Positions 30,601-41,648 of a DNA stretch of 64,000 nt are shown one piece after another. The notes beneath the pieces were generated by a model that did no database searches, was not told the DNA's origin, and was given only the letters and a program-made list of their open reading frames with translations. The first letter of the stretch is position 1, and every line of letters begins with the position of its first letter. The stretch covers positions 128,001 through 192,000 of the IMG/VR virus record IMGVR_UViG_3300048854_000081; one strand, given 5' to 3'. The translations under genes were made by a program, and so were the position numbers. Origin of the DNA: a virus. Taxonomy: Duplodnaviria; Caudoviricetes.

Positions 30601-33600
30601 GTGCTATCTTGTACCAATACAGCCAAAATACTGAACTTCAGGTCATCGATCAAGTTCCAGTTAGGATTAGTGATCGAACCATTGTTAAAGTATAGGGAGG
30701 TCTTTGGAGTTCCACCATTGACATAGGTTAGCTCAAATTGTGCTGGCGGAACTGTTGATTCAGTCCACTGATATAGTGTCAACGAACCAACATCCGAAAG
30801 CTTAGCCCAGTTTGCAACACGATCATTGATCAAAGGGAATACACCATTATCGTAGTAAGGAATGTAATCGATCTTGGACATATCCATCCAAACAGTATTT
30901 TCCTTACCCTTCAACCAAATGTTATTGTAGGTATTACCGGTGTAATCCACCGAGTAAACGGCTGGATCAGCTTCGGTCTTGATATCCACTAACGAATAAG
31001 CATACTGGTTTGGCTGGTTTAGGGCTGGATTCCAGATAGCAATTTGATTTACGATAACGCCTGCCGACTTGTCCACAAAAACGGCTGGACTATGGGCATT
31101 ATAGTTATAGGTTAGGCAGCTTACCGATAGGTTAGCTAATGCTCTTGGATCGTTGGTGAACTGAAGAACACGGTTGTTAACCATCGAATAATCAGACAAA
31201 TTGATCATCTGACGCACGATACCAGCATTATCAGTGTAAGAAATCACCACACCATCGTAAGCACCATCAAGAACTAGTAGATATCTACCATTGATGACCT
31301 GCACTTGGGATGCGGCATTCGATATGATTTTTGGTACGCGAGCATTGAACAAGAACGACTTGTTTGGAGCCATCTTATCCAATACGTCAGGCTGATCCCA
31401 CCATCTGGTGTTATCGGTCAAGCTGATTGTAGTGAAGGTGTCATTCAAAGCATTTTCGTCAGGATTGACGAATTCAGCACGGAATTCAGTACCAACAGAG
31501 TCAGCACGCTTTAACTTCAATTCAATGTAGTTCTTTTCCTTAGCATCACCAAAGGTGGCGATTTTGTAAGCCCAAAACTCATCCAAATCAGCATTGTTGA
31601 ACAATGTCTGGTTGGTGTAAGCATTGATGGAAAGGTTGGTACCCTTGTTCTGGATCATACCACGCCAGAAGATGAAATCTGACTTAGCATTGATGTTCAA
31701 ATCCTGCATGTAGGACGAACGACCGGTGTAACCTAGGGAACGACGGACTTCCTGAATTAGAGGCTTGGATTCGATTACCTTATAGGTATCATATAGGAAT
31801 CTTAGATCGTTTACCGCAGATTCAAAGTTCTGCACTAGATCGTCATCAGATACGAAGAAACCACCCATGTTTGGACGTAGAGTCATGGTTTCCTGACGAT
31901 TAAATTCGACATAGAAACGCTGAGTTCTTAGACCCAAATAGGAATCGTAGATTAGGTTATCAGATACCGAATAATCACTAAAGCTAATGATATGCTCGTA
32001 AGCATCCATAAAGGCATGCATACCAGTGATGTACGTAGGATAGGCTGAAATTGTGTTCGAAATGACGGTCTGGTCAGCCAAGAAAATCTGGCTGGATTCA
32101 TCATTTCTAAGAACCAATAGCTTGTCCTTGGTCAAAAGATTACCGTATTGATCGTAAATCTTCTGATTGGTTAGAACGTCCTTTCTATCATTGCTGATTG
32201 TGTCGGCAAGAATACCTTGTGGATGGTTGATCGTCAAAGCCTTCTTGTAAGGATTCAACATGAATTGAGGATATAGAGTCTGCTCTCTGTAAATCTTAAA
32301 GTAATAATTACCCTTACCCGGAGCACCAAATTCAATGAATCGACCAGCCTTGGCATCTGCGTTCGTGTAAGACAACTGGAAACCCTTACCGTCGTTCGTA
32401 GGAACGATGAAGTAAGGCACAAACTGCTTCAATGGATTGTCAAACGGTTCCGGTAGAATGGTATTGTCTGGCGCAATCAGAACTACTCTCTGAGCAAGAT
32501 TTGCTTGAGTGCTAGCAATGTTTACATTGGAATCAGTGTATAGGAATCGGTTATTCTTATAATCGGCAGTGATTTGATATTCAAGATCAGTTTCCTGTCT
32601 CAAGGAAGACTGTGTGTACAACCAATTGATATAGTATTCAATTTCTAGCTGCCATTCGTTCATACGACCAGTCGAAGGGTCGGTGTTATCTGCATCAAGA
32701 ACCTTGGTATCAAAACCAATGCTTGCTAGATAATCCGAATAACCATCGATAAAGTCAACCATCTGCTGGATACCAGTGATGTAGATTGGCTGAGCAACAG
32801 TCTTGACCGCGCGAGTATCCGAGTAATGCTTTCTCCATGAAGTAGCAATTACATTACCACCCATGGCGTTAAAGGTGTACTGGATTCTACCGACGTATGG
32901 CTGTGTAGTTCCGCTTGAAATAGGCGTTATCAAACCCTTCGACTGTAGAGCACCCGCAGAGGTGGTACTTAGCGAGAACTTGTAATCAGTCAATCTTACG
33001 ATGTAATACGGGGTATTGTCATCGAATGGGGCTGGTAGAACGCTATCGGTGGATAGATACACTTCTGTACCGGTTGCCCAAGTATCTGGAAGAGTTCTTC
33101 TATTGGAAGGATAAGCTATACCATCGACTGTAGCCGATGTCAAGGTTACCGATTCAGAAACGAAAATCTTGGTGATCGAATTAGCAATATCGTAATAAAT
33201 CGACTTAATGGTGTATGTACCGTTAAATTGAGTCGAACCACCGATGGTGAAGGTCGAACCTTCTTCAAAGGCACCCGTCAAGTTACCATTAAGGTCAAAG
33301 AACTTCTGGAACTCATAACCACCATTAATTGGAGTGGATACGGCTACATAATTGTCGTGCATGGTAGCAAATAGACCCATATCCGACACGCTGATCGTAG
33401 AATTGGATTGAATGGAGATATTACCATTATTCAAATAAGCAAGCGCGGCAGTACCCAACTGATCATTCAATGCATTGATAGCATCGTTAATGGTTGGAGC
33501 TAAAGCCTGCGTCAAGCTCAATGTAATGGTAGACGAACCAACTGTAACGTTAGCCTTATACTGTGTGGTACCAATATAATTTGTGGTGTCTGATAGATCG

Positions 33601-36600
33601 GCAGTTTCACTATAGCTTACATTCACGTAAGTTACTGGTGAAGTAATACCTGCGTCAACGATGTCGTACGCATAGATTTCAAACTGGTTCGAATTCTTGA
33701 CGACACGGAATTCAAAGTTTTCTTTAGGATAGAACGAAATATCACGACTTACTGGGGAAGTCGTGGTGAACTGTGCTGTCCAACCCGCACCCAAGCTTCT
33801 TGTCTTGGAATACTTTGAAGGAATGCTTAGTGTAGTAGAAATTAACGAATCGAACCAAATGTCATTAAAACCATAAGTTTTCTTTACACCGACGGCATAA
33901 TCCTTGCTGGTGATGTCAAATACTTGACTATCCACGCTCAGGGTTGGCGTATCGATATAGGAACCTACAAGATAGGATAGGTTGGTGTCCCAAGTCTTCC
34001 AAAGAGCCTTGAACTGGGAAGCCTCACCATCATAACCATGATAGCGGTTGTACTGAATGTACCACTGGTTTAGACCATGGGAAACGAATACGTTACCGTT
34101 TGGATCGTTATCACCGTGGAAAATCGTATCCATGTGGGAGAATACACGCATGGTGGTATCGTCCACATCGAGACAGTTAATTTTTTCAAACTTATTGGCA
34201 TTGAACGTTCTGTAGATGAAGTTAATTGGATCGATTTTGAAGGCGATCATCATCTTATCGTAAAGATACTGTGCCGATGTCTTCCAAGCCCATTCATTAG
34301 GGTTACCATCACCGAACGTATAGTCGATGTTTGGTGTATTAACTACCTGATCCAAGTTGGCATCATAAGGAGTTCTTACCTTTGGATTACTGCTGTTAGC
34401 ACTATTCCAGTAAGGAGGTAGCAATGCATCAGCCACATAACCGTCAGCGGTGGATACTGCATTCATGTTAACTGGAATGTAAGCATACTTAGGAACTGTC
34501 GAGTTGGCAAAGCCAGTCGAAATTGTACCATTTGGTAATAGCTGGCTCTGCGGTACGATACCGGTTAGGATATTGTTCCACATGAAGCTCTTCCAACGAC
34601 GAGCACCAGTTGTGTCAAGGTAAGTTGTGTCCCACCATGTAGGCTTGTTGGTGTAACCCTGAAGCTTCCATGGTTCCATGTGAGGATATGGTGTCTTATA
34701 AAGCTTTGTGTACAGAACTTCGAAGCTGGCTGCAACATCGTAAGATGGAAGACCGGTTACTGGGTGGCTCTGAACTGGGGTAAACTCATAATTCCAAGTA
34801 AATGGATCATTCTGGCGGAAACCCGTGTTTAGTAGTGGAGTCTTCACATTGTTGGAAGCTGCCCACGAACTGAACTGTGTATTGCTTAGAGCGGTGTAGC
34901 GTTCATTTGTTTCGCTGGTCGTGTAGTCATAGATCGGCGAAGTAACGACTGGACATGCGTCGTATAGCTCCTGTTCGATGGCTAGTGCCAATCCGGAGTA
35001 CAATGCTTGGAAATCTATGGCTTCCCATGTCGTGTTGACTGCTAAGCGATACAGGGTGCGTGTCTTGGCTACTGTATTCAGACGAACCAGTAGAGAACCG
35101 TTAGGTAGTGTTGGGAATGCTGTTGCTTCCGATGTTACAGTCTGTTGAACAACACCCGACTTGGCTAGATTATTGTAGAACGAAAGAATGACTGAGGTTG
35201 GAAGAGTTACGTCCTGAATATGACCGTCATGACACACGACGGAATGAATACCCATCGAAGCATCGTCTAATAGATATGGAGCAACCTTTTGGGTCAAGCC
35301 AAGGAATGCTGTTGTAGCGATCCAACCCTTGATACCGGTGTCAGTAGCAGCATCATAAGTCGTGCTGTCACCAAACCATTCGTCAACCTTATCATTGGTC
35401 TCATATTCTTCGATCATGTCAGAATTAAAGCCAGCCACAAGACCGGTCAAATTGGTAAAGCTGGTACCAGACAATAGCGAAGAGCATACATTCTTGATGT
35501 ATTCTTCTTGAATTAGATTGTAACCGTTCAAATACTGATCGTTGGCAAACTGGAACAATTGTAACGGAGTTACATTGTTTACGAATACAGACGATACCGA
35601 TAAGTCGAAACCGTTGTTATGTTCCTTGATTGTACCACCTAGACCATAGTTTACGTTATCACTCAAGTAAACCTGATTGATATTGCTAGAGTTTACGATA
35701 CCCGGTACTTTTTGGGATAGGATAATAGTACTGAAATGCTTCAAGCATTCCGATAGATTGATATCCGATCTTAGTTCATGGTCAATGTTGTAGAACCATG
35801 TATTAGGGATATCCCACGAACCATCACTTAGCTTGACCGGTACGAACTGCTCATTCTTCAAACCGCGCTTCCAAATGGTCTGAAGTGGGTAATTAGGCTG
35901 GGAGAAGTTCTTGTACGAATATAGTTCACCGGTATCTGGATTGGACAATTCCTGTACGAAGCCATAATCATTAGTCGATGTATCGTTAACGATTCTCTTC
36001 AATACGTAATTGTTGACCGGATAGGTGTTCTCTTCACGGTAGGTAAAGATGCGGGAAGCAATATCCTTAGCCTGACCATGAATGTCATAGATGTTGAAGA
36101 ATGGATAAACGTTCTTCTCTGGCTTGTCCTGTTCTAGCTTTCTGTATCTGGTTAGGTTAACCAAATCGTAAGGTAGGGTTGGATCAAGCACATTCTGTGT
36201 GGTAACCACACGCACTGCACGTCTACCGATGTCATTTAGGGTGTACTCACCCAATTCTACACGAATTAGATCGTCGATGCTGAATTTAACGTTACTGTTA
36301 AACTTGATAGAACCAACATAATCATTATTGATATCCGAACGAATATCTTGGAAATTACCGTACTGGCGTTCACCATTTAGATAAACACGGATGTCGCCTT
36401 CCTGATAGTCATCATAAAGAACCAAACTATGCAATGAATTATCAAAGCGAATGGTTGGACCATAGACATCACCACCGTAGAAAGATAGCGACTGCCATAC
36501 TAGACCTACGTTGGTTTCAAATTGGTTATTGGTGTCTACATAAGACTTGACAAACACGTCAAGCATAGGGTTTTTATCAGGATTCATGGAAGATGCAGAA

Positions 36601-38654
36601 ACATCCTTCATGCCATAGAAAATCCAATGCTTATCATAACCCGACCACTGGTCACCCTTCGCGGTGAATTCTGGACCGACAAAGGCACCGATTGGTAGGT
36701 CGAAAGGATCAACTACATTTGCGGTTAGAGTAATGAAAGTCTGGAATGCACTAACTACACCAGTCTGCTTGAAAGTTGCCGAAGCGACTGTGTATAGACC
36801 GTTATTGGAATGGGAACCACCAATGCGGATACGTGAACCCGGTAGGATATCCTGTGCAAGATTACCAAACGACTGATTCAAAAGAATAGTGTTGGAGCTT
36901 GAGAAGATAAAGGCTGGATTGTTGGTATCGTTAATGGAAATATTCGATATTTCGAATATGGTTGGTTCAACCGTCGTGTCGCTATACAGGTCAGTGGTTA
37001 GGGTTTTGTACTTCCACTCATAACCAACTAGGGAAACAGAAGACAACTCTAGGAATGGATCGAATTCGATGATTGGTAGCTGTGCTCTGGATTTACCAGA
37101 GAACGACACCAATTCATTCTTATGAATCCACTTGTTAGCAGCCGACCATGCGTCAGTCTGTGTCAGCGACAATTTGTAACGCTGATGTGTAGCCGCTACA
37201 AGAAGCGAGATATTGTACACGACCGAAGTCCACGCAGTACCATTCCACTGGTTTAGCGTGTCTGTGGTTGGATTCACCCACAACTGATAAATGGTTGGGA
37301 ATGTTGGCGGTGTTTCGCTGATAATGTAATCGTAAATGGTCTGACGCGAAATGGTGTAATCCAGTTCGACCTTAGAGAATGCACGGACACTGGAATCGAT
37401 ACCCAAGAAATTGCTTTCTACGGAAATGATCTGATATTCACCAGCATTTGGACCATTCAATACCTGAAGCACGTCACCCGGACGAACCTGTTCATTAACG
37501 AAATTGAAGCTGTTATCACGGATACCATGCTCACCTAGGTTAGAATAACCCGACGAAGACGAAATTAGTAGTTGGTTTCTGAACCAAACTAGACCACCTA
37601 GAAAAATATTGTCCCATTTAGCATTATAATTAATGATCGAATCACCAGAAACCGATTCAAATTCAGCATCCACCAACGATGCCATAGGCATCATCGATAT
37701 AAACTTCCATGAAGGGCTGGTAGGAATAGTTTCGTTAACGATAATTGTGGTGGTATTCGTAGGAATATCATAGGACGAAGACACTGTGGACCATAGAGTA
37801 TCAGTTCCAGCGTTGTTCTTCAAGGTAATGAATACATAACCTTCGGTAAATACCGTGCTAAAGTCACCGGTCAATACAAATGCATTATTGACATTATCGG
37901 TAGATTTGATAGCGATGTTGAAATTATAGATTGTCTGATAGTCAATATCGCTACCTAAACTGTTCAACAACTGAATTTGTGTCTTACCCGTAGTTGGGTT
38001 CAATGAAATGTTTACAATTTCATTAATTAAATAATTATTAGCCGATGCACCAAGCAATACGTAGTCACCGATAAGGAAATTGGTCAGTACGTTACCTGTG
38101 ATAGCCACATTGAATTCATCTACCTTGGTAATAGAGAATGCTGGTCTGATCTTGGTGATGGTCTTCTTGAACTCGACACTACGTGCCTGAGTCCATGTTT
38201 TCTGGTTCTTGATCGTAATATAATCAGGAACGTCATTGATGTCAACCGAATCCCAGTAATAGTCCTGATAATTAACCAATTTGTCTACGTCAATAGGTGG
38301 CACGTAGTTAAACTGTAGAGAATTACCCCATTCATTAAACTTATCAACGTCAACATCCAAGCGTGCGAGACGCTTTAGATAATCTTCGAAAGTAAGGTAT
38401 AGGGTTTCAGAACCAATGGTTGCGGATGCAATTGGTTGTAGCTGGTTATTTTGACGATAGGTGGTTTGTTCGATTACACGCTTAAGCGGGCTTGCCGGAT
38501 CGTTATCCCCGATAATACCCACGATGTGCTGATACTCATCCTTGGTTAGATATCTGTTGAATAAGTTTTCATTTAGATTCTTAAGAAATGCAGTCTTATT
38601 CTGTGCAGGTAAAAAATCATTAAGATTAGTACGTGGCTTTTTGTAATCACTCAT
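27618..38654 (-). CDS. Giant baseplate wedge protein (gp7-like) with C-terminal TP tracts, LamG domain and Hint domain
   Basis: 3678 aa, directly downstream of gp6; PPIDVDKLVNYQDYYW and FWRGMIQNKGT resemble jumbo T4-like wedge proteins; C-terminal modules are visible. Confidence 0.7.
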   Translation of the reverse strand: MSDYKKPRTNLNDFLPAQNKTAFLKNLNENLFNRYLTKDEYQHIVGIIGDNDPASPLKRVIEQTTYRQNNQLQPIASATIGSETLYLTFEDYLKRLARLDVDVDKFNEWGNSLQFNYVPPIDVDKLVNYQDYYWDSVDINDVPDYITIKNQKTWTQARSVEFKKTITKIRPAFSITKVDEFNVAITGNVLTNFLIGDYVLLGASANNYLINEIVNISLNPTTGKTQIQLLNSLGSDIDYQTIYNFNIAIKSTDNVNNAFVLTGDFSTVFTEGYVFITLKNNAGTDTLWSTVSSSYDIPTNTTTIIVNETIPTSPSWKFISMMPMASLVDAEFESVSGDSIINYNAKWDNIFLGGLVWFRNQLLISSSSGYSNLGEHGIRDNSFNFVNEQVRPGDVLQVLNGPNAGEYQIISVESNFLGIDSSVRAFSKVELDYTISRQTIYDYIISETPPTFPTIYQLWVNPTTDTLNQWNGTAWTSVVYNISLLVAATHQRYKLSLTQTDAWSAANKWIHKNELVSFSGKSRAQLPIIEFDPFLELSSVSLVGYEWKYKTLTTDLYSDTTVEPTIFEISNISINDTNNPAFIFSSSNTILLNQSFGNLAQDILPGSRIRIGGSHSNNGLYTVASATFKQTGVVSAFQTFITLTANVVDPFDLPIGAFVGPEFTAKGDQWSGYDKHWIFYGMKDVSASSMNPDKNPMLDVFVKSYVDTNNQFETNVGLVWQSLSFYGGDVYGPTIRFDNSLHSLVLYDDYQEGDIRVYLNGERQYGNFQDIRSDINNDYVGSIKFNSNVKFSIDDLIRVELGEYTLNDIGRRAVRVVTTQNVLDPTLPYDLVNLTRYRKLEQDKPEKNVYPFFNIYDIHGQAKDIASRIFTYREENTYPVNNYVLKRIVNDTSTNDYGFVQELSNPDTGELYSYKNFSQPNYPLQTIWKRGLKNEQFVPVKLSDGSWDIPNTWFYNIDHELRSDINLSECLKHFSTIILSQKVPGIVNSSNINQVYLSDNVNYGLGGTIKEHNNGFDLSVSSVFVNNVTPLQLFQFANDQYLNGYNLIQEEYIKNVCSSLLSGTSFTNLTGLVAGFNSDMIEEYETNDKVDEWFGDSTTYDAATDTGIKGWIATTAFLGLTQKVAPYLLDDASMGIHSVVCHDGHIQDVTLPTSVILSFYNNLAKSGVVQQTVTSEATAFPTLPNGSLLVRLNTVAKTRTLYRLAVNTTWEAIDFQALYSGLALAIEQELYDACPVVTSPIYDYTTSETNERYTALSNTQFSSWAASNNVKTPLLNTGFRQNDPFTWNYEFTPVQSHPVTGLPSYDVAASFEVLYTKLYKTPYPHMEPWKLQGYTNKPTWWDTTYLDTTGARRWKSFMWNNILTGIVPQSQLLPNGTISTGFANSTVPKYAYIPVNMNAVSTADGYVADALLPPYWNSANSSNPKVRTPYDANLDQVVNTPNIDYTFGDGNPNEWAWKTSAQYLYDKMMIAFKIDPINFIYRTFNANKFEKINCLDVDDTTMRVFSHMDTIFHGDNDPNGNVFVSHGLNQWYIQYNRYHGYDGEASQFKALWKTWDTNLSYLVGSYIDTPTLSVDSQVFDITSKDYAVGVKKTYGFNDIWFDSLISTTLSIPSKYSKTRSLGAGWTAQFTTTSPVSRDISFYPKENFEFRVVKNSNQFEIYAYDIVDAGITSPVTYVNVSYSETADLSDTTNYIGTTQYKANVTVGSSTITLSLTQALAPTINDAINALNDQLGTAALAYLNNGNISIQSNSTISVSDMGLFATMHDNYVAVSTPINGGYEFQKFFDLNGNLTGAFEEGSTFTIGGSTQFNGTYTIKSIYYDIANSITKIFVSESVTLTSATVDGIAYPSNRRTLPDTWATGTEVYLSTDSVLPAPFDDNTPYYIVRLTDYKFSLSTTSAGALQSKGLITPISSGTTQPYVGRIQYTFNAMGGNVIATSWRKHYSDTRAVKTVAQPIYITGIQQMVDFIDGYSDYLASIGFDTKVLDADNTDPSTGRMNEWQLEIEYYINWLYTQSSLRQETDLEYQITADYKNNRFLYTDSNVNIASTQANLAQRVVLIAPDNTILPEPFDNPLKQFVPYFIVPTNDGKGFQLSYTNADAKAGRFIEFGAPGKGNYYFKIYREQTLYPQFMLNPYKKALTINHPQGILADTISNDRKDVLTNQKIYDQYGNLLTKDKLLVLRNDESSQIFLADQTVISNTISAYPTYITGMHAFMDAYEHIISFSDYSVSDNLIYDSYLGLRTQRFYVEFNRQETMTLRPNMGGFFVSDDDLVQNFESAVNDLRFLYDTYKVIESKPLIQEVRRSLGYTGRSSYMQDLNINAKSDFIFWRGMIQNKGTNLSINAYTNQTLFNNADLDEFWAYKIATFGDAKEKNYIELKLKRADSVGTEFRAEFVNPDENALNDTFTTISLTDNTRWWDQPDVLDKMAPNKSFLFNARVPKIISNAASQVQVINGRYLLVLDGAYDGVVISYTDNAGIVRQMINLSDYSMVNNRVLQFTNDPRALANLSVSCLTYNYNAHSPAVFVDKSAGVIVNQIAIWNPALNQPNQYAYSLVDIKTEADPAVYSVDYTGNTYNNIWLKGKENTVWMDMSKIDYIPYYDNGVFPLINDRVANWAKLSDVGSLTLYQWTESTVPPAQFELTYVNGGTPKTSLYFNNGSITNPNWNLIDDLKFSILAVLVQDSTVIPFDGVVNVYRNGKFDLSMDLNQYDFSQYVYGDMLPGQTVKPNIQDYITVILPKPIPTQDDLTNLVYKYDTPYSTNYKINENNGDPIPYYYFWVSNKPTVLTSTSNYQSTLLQAQKDLITNPNPYMIMTGLRYQDDGFGVIFGNVFDSLPYDLPIRYSQLVVRGLKGGVNEDERYALRFIRDFTLRDRMPYNGDIYDYSFENAVRTPLALKNVHVEWKLFREKQTQKIDQYLWEKLISSLIGYPVVDKIIDTSVTIPSLDRILFDNLYGTDTQYGLGDEQIFVTPELGLSTIQAILNDPSQDFINIDINSFLATYSFDNVNNIVTAMYAIFEGFDASNVNTIFFATLHDAMSLKYNSSDIFKTSWVALDVSQNVNVNNVNAPITSDNIQPGGACDIDDNIVVPTLPPLPSPSPTPSVTPTITVSVSPSLTPSVTPTMTATPTMTATVTITPTITATPGVTATPSQTPTLTSTTTITPTLTSTPTVTPTITASPTMTPVPTITPTASPVPITAYDTAVLNGNPIVYYKFDDLNTTVAHDSSLYGNDGFFNGNITLGDAGLFSQSARSITISDDFTQNNMVLGQYGPFLDLAGDYTFEIFSDADVTEQDAAIPVLVYIPFNAGSQQPQFMLYIDRDTGKYAYRIATTDQAFSEVQTTVSADGTPYMITCRRQGNKQTIFINAQEEASTTVSGANLFSQIYGLSIGGSPYNVPSINNYVGGLDNFSLYGVALEDDEIRSHYEAITGVPISPSPTPTPSPTPTLTTTPTLTITPTVTSTITPTVTITRTITPTVTRTVTPTPAPSNTPAPSNTPQPTPTPTPTNASACPDCTSIGYQCCVAVSSYLPDGKLAGDIKVSDTMILADDRTLEPGTGVVSYSKTEIKPCVRIETKSGASLVCSTSAPIPSKDKGFLLAPDVYGEEIATMINGAAMWDEVISVTDAGNQEVQHITVGDKCFWAGETENSYILHHNLKDCAGVCAGGTDGTFVSPNCCECP
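27696..28094 (-). other. Hint (intein-like) domain, 133 aa
   Basis: Starts CVAVSSYL, contains VRIETKSGASLVCS, ends VQHITV...ILHHN. Confidence 0.8.
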
Positions 38655-38705
38655 TTAGACAGTCCATCATAAAATATATCTACTATTTATGGATGGACTG
38701 TCTAA
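38655..38705 (-). promoter_or_regulatory. Late promoter CATAAATA inside a 14-bp inverted repeat abutting the gp7-like start codon
   Basis: TTAGACAGTCCATC ... GATGGACTGTCTAA with the promoter at 38684-38691 between the arms. Confidence 0.7.
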
Positions 38706-38721
38706 GTTTATTTTGACCTTT

Positions 38722-41619
38722 TTAATACAACTTTAAGGTCGCAGGAGTTAAGGAATCGACAATGATAATATCATCAACCGAAATGCTTGGCTGAATTATC
38801 TCATTTTCCTTAGCATACACTTGGAACATTTCACCAAAAACGTGAGTATTGTAGGTTGGAACCGGTACAATAGAGCTAATATCGTTTGGTAATGTTGAGT
38901 GAATGTAGGTCGCCATGTCAGTGAAATAGAACGTCTGACCAAATTCCCATTGATTAATATCGAAATATGTGTTAATAGCATCCACAATCGCAGTCTTAAT
39001 CTGGTTATTAGTTAAAGTTTTATTCTGCGATCTAATAACCTTGAAGGAAGCCTGTAGAGTATTATCAGCCTTATCACCAAATACTAACTTAATGACACCC
39101 GGATGTAAGATAACTGTATCGGTAATCATCTTACTTTCTAGTAGATAACTATAGCTCGACTTCAATTCAAATGGTGTTGGGGCCTTTGGCTTGTCGGTGA
39201 TCTTGTCAGTCAACCACTGTCTCAATAGAGTGTAGTAGCCGCGAGTGACAACATAGGTATCGATAATGTTCGATGGTGAAGGATCAACCAAGTGGTAACG
39301 TGGAGTTCTATGCAACCACAAGAAATTGATATTTTCTCTACCATTTTCTCTCTTCCACAATCCAGTACCAGCAGCTTGATCAGCAGCATATGCATTCAAG
39401 GTAGCGGTAGAAGCTGGTACGAATACCCATTCACAGCCATTGGTGCAGGCACGGTTGAAGTAGACGAAGGTAGAAGGCGAAATCAAATACGATAATGTTA
39501 CGAAGTCAGGAATGCCATCACCATCTGAGTCACCCGGTAGAGTGATTACATCGCTGGTGCTTTCCAATCCCTTATTCTCACCAGTATCAAAAATCATCTG
39601 GCTGGCAACATTCAGGGTGTAGTTCGTCGTTAGGATCGAACCGGTTGGAGTCGTATTCGCAGACAATACCACAATCTCATCATAATTACCATTTAAAGTA
39701 TCATAAGTGATCGTTTTAGCATTATTATTAGAAATCCAGAACTTCACGCTGTCACTGTGAACAATGATGCGTTGAGCCAAGAAATTGATGTTCCAATAGT
39801 TGTCAGTCTGTAACTCTACAGAAATCCAGTACGTTACTGGCTGATCCAATGCAACCTGCCATGTATTCGAAGATACATCAAAGTTTAGATAAACGGTCTT
39901 AGGTGGAGCATTGATCGCTACCGATAGAGCATTTCTGATAGCTAATTTTTCTGCGGAGGTGAATGTAGTTCTTACCAAAGCAGGAATGACACCAGCTAGT
40001 AACGACTTGATATAGAATTCATTGGTCGAAAGAATTGGCTCAATGTAGTTGGAAACAAGAGCAGTCGTCAGACTGATGTTGGCACCAAAGTCAGCAGCCG
40101 GTAGGAAACCCGGAGCAACGCGGTTATTAACCACATAATTATTGAAATATATTACACCATCATCCGAGAATATCTTGACGTTATCATAATATTCCTTTGC
40201 ATCATGCCATTCAATATACTTCGAATCACCAGCGAAAGTACGGTTGATTGAACGAAGCTTAAGAATACTGTTATCCTGAAGCATGAATTCGTTATAGTCA
40301 CGACCGTTAACCATTCTGTCCTGTGTATAGTATACGGCAGGCGCAATTCTCTTAATGTGTTCAATGTCTTCAGATGGAGCGGCATTCTGGATAGAATCCA
40401 CCAACGAGAAGGCAAACGTTAGAGTCTGCTTCTTACCATTGTTATCTGCATATGGAAGGGTGTTAGATGAACTCTGAATAGCATTAGCTGGAATGACAAT
40501 ATCATCATTTGCAGAAACACGAGACCAGATTTCAAATGTACCTGAAGGAATGTTAGCAAAGTTACCATCACCGAAGATCAAACGGAACTGATCGTTATCC
40601 AAAGTTTCGGTTTCGTACTTGTTACGATTTGGATTGGTGTTGAAGATGATGTTCTGAGAGTTAGCAACGTCAACCTGAACCCATTCACCCGCACGTAGTT
40701 CTGTACTACCGTCACCAACCACGATTTGGCCTGTAGTTGGATCAATATTGTTTACCCAAACGTCAGTATCATTCGAATTATTAATAAGAATATCAAAGGT
40801 TTGGTTAGGAGTTACACCGTCAAAGACAGTCTGTGTACGCTGCAACTGACCCTGTTTAGTAAAGAAGAAGAAGCCTGTGTTATCGGAAGCATCACCAAGA
40901 CCGTCAGACAAATATAGGATATTCATCTTTAAGTTCTTTTCTGGACGCTTTTCGTAAGGACCATTCTCATTCAACTGGGCGCTTACCAATTCCATAGGGT
41001 AAGTCTGACCGGAAACGCTGATGTTGTAGGTCAAAACGTTATTATTGATAGGATTGTTATCCAAACCATAAAGTTCAAATACAACGTCCTGTACCTGCAC
41101 ACGATCCGAAGGAACAACTGAACCGAAGTTCTGTTCCAACACACGGTTCATGATTATAATGAATTGATCTTTCCACTGGTCATTATTTGGATCATTCCAG
41201 TAGATCGTCTTATTAGTTAGGTCATTACCTCTTGAATCGAATACCTGTTCTGTAGTAGAAACAGAATTAATCTTTACCAAGCCACGGGCTGGTAGGTTTC
41301 TTGAGGAATTATAGGATAAAGTCTTGGCTACACGAAGGACGGACTCTTTTCTACTGGCCTGAGTACCAATAGATTCATGAGCGTTCATATCCTGACGATA
41401 GGCGATAAGCTCACCGACGTAGGCGAACAATTCAAGGATAGCAACTAGTTCGGATGATTCAATGTAGTCGTTGAAATCTTCTTCAGGATAATAAAGTTTC
41501 AAGTAGTCTAGCAAAGACTTTTTGATGGTATCGTAATCCCACGCAGTGAAATTCACCTGCTGAAAGGCTTCATATGCCATTTCCCAAGTTTCTGCTCTAC
41601 TGATAATTCTAGCTGCCAT
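38722..41619 (-). CDS. gp6: Baseplate wedge subunit
   Basis: DYDTIKKSL, DFNDYIESSE, LIFGDGNF, EDIEHIKRIAP...TQDRMVNGRDY. Confidence 0.9.
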   Translation of the reverse strand: MAARIISRAETWEMAYEAFQQVNFTAWDYDTIKKSLLDYLKLYYPEEDFNDYIESSELVAILELFAYVGELIAYRQDMNAHESIGTQASRKESVLRVAKTLSYNSSRNLPARGLVKINSVSTTEQVFDSRGNDLTNKTIYWNDPNNDQWKDQFIIIMNRVLEQNFGSVVPSDRVQVQDVVFELYGLDNNPINNNVLTYNISVSGQTYPMELVSAQLNENGPYEKRPEKNLKMNILYLSDGLGDASDNTGFFFFTKQGQLQRTQTVFDGVTPNQTFDILINNSNDTDVWVNNIDPTTGQIVVGDGSTELRAGEWVQVDVANSQNIIFNTNPNRNKYETETLDNDQFRLIFGDGNFANIPSGTFEIWSRVSANDDIVIPANAIQSSSNTLPYADNNGKKQTLTFAFSLVDSIQNAAPSEDIEHIKRIAPAVYYTQDRMVNGRDYNEFMLQDNSILKLRSINRTFAGDSKYIEWHDAKEYYDNVKIFSDDGVIYFNNYVVNNRVAPGFLPAADFGANISLTTALVSNYIEPILSTNEFYIKSLLAGVIPALVRTTFTSAEKLAIRNALSVAINAPPKTVYLNFDVSSNTWQVALDQPVTYWISVELQTDNYWNINFLAQRIIVHSDSVKFWISNNNAKTITYDTLNGNYDEIVVLSANTTPTGSILTTNYTLNVASQMIFDTGENKGLESTSDVITLPGDSDGDGIPDFVTLSYLISPSTFVYFNRACTNGCEWVFVPASTATLNAYAADQAAGTGLWKRENGRENINFLWLHRTPRYHLVDPSPSNIIDTYVVTRGYYTLLRQWLTDKITDKPKAPTPFELKSSYSYLLESKMITDTVILHPGVIKLVFGDKADNTLQASFKVIRSQNKTLTNNQIKTAIVDAINTYFDINQWEFGQTFYFTDMATYIHSTLPNDISSIVPVPTYNTHVFGEMFQVYAKENEIIQPSISVDDIIIVDSLTPATLKLY

Positions 41620-41648
41620 TAATAATCCTGAAGTTTGTACTATTTATT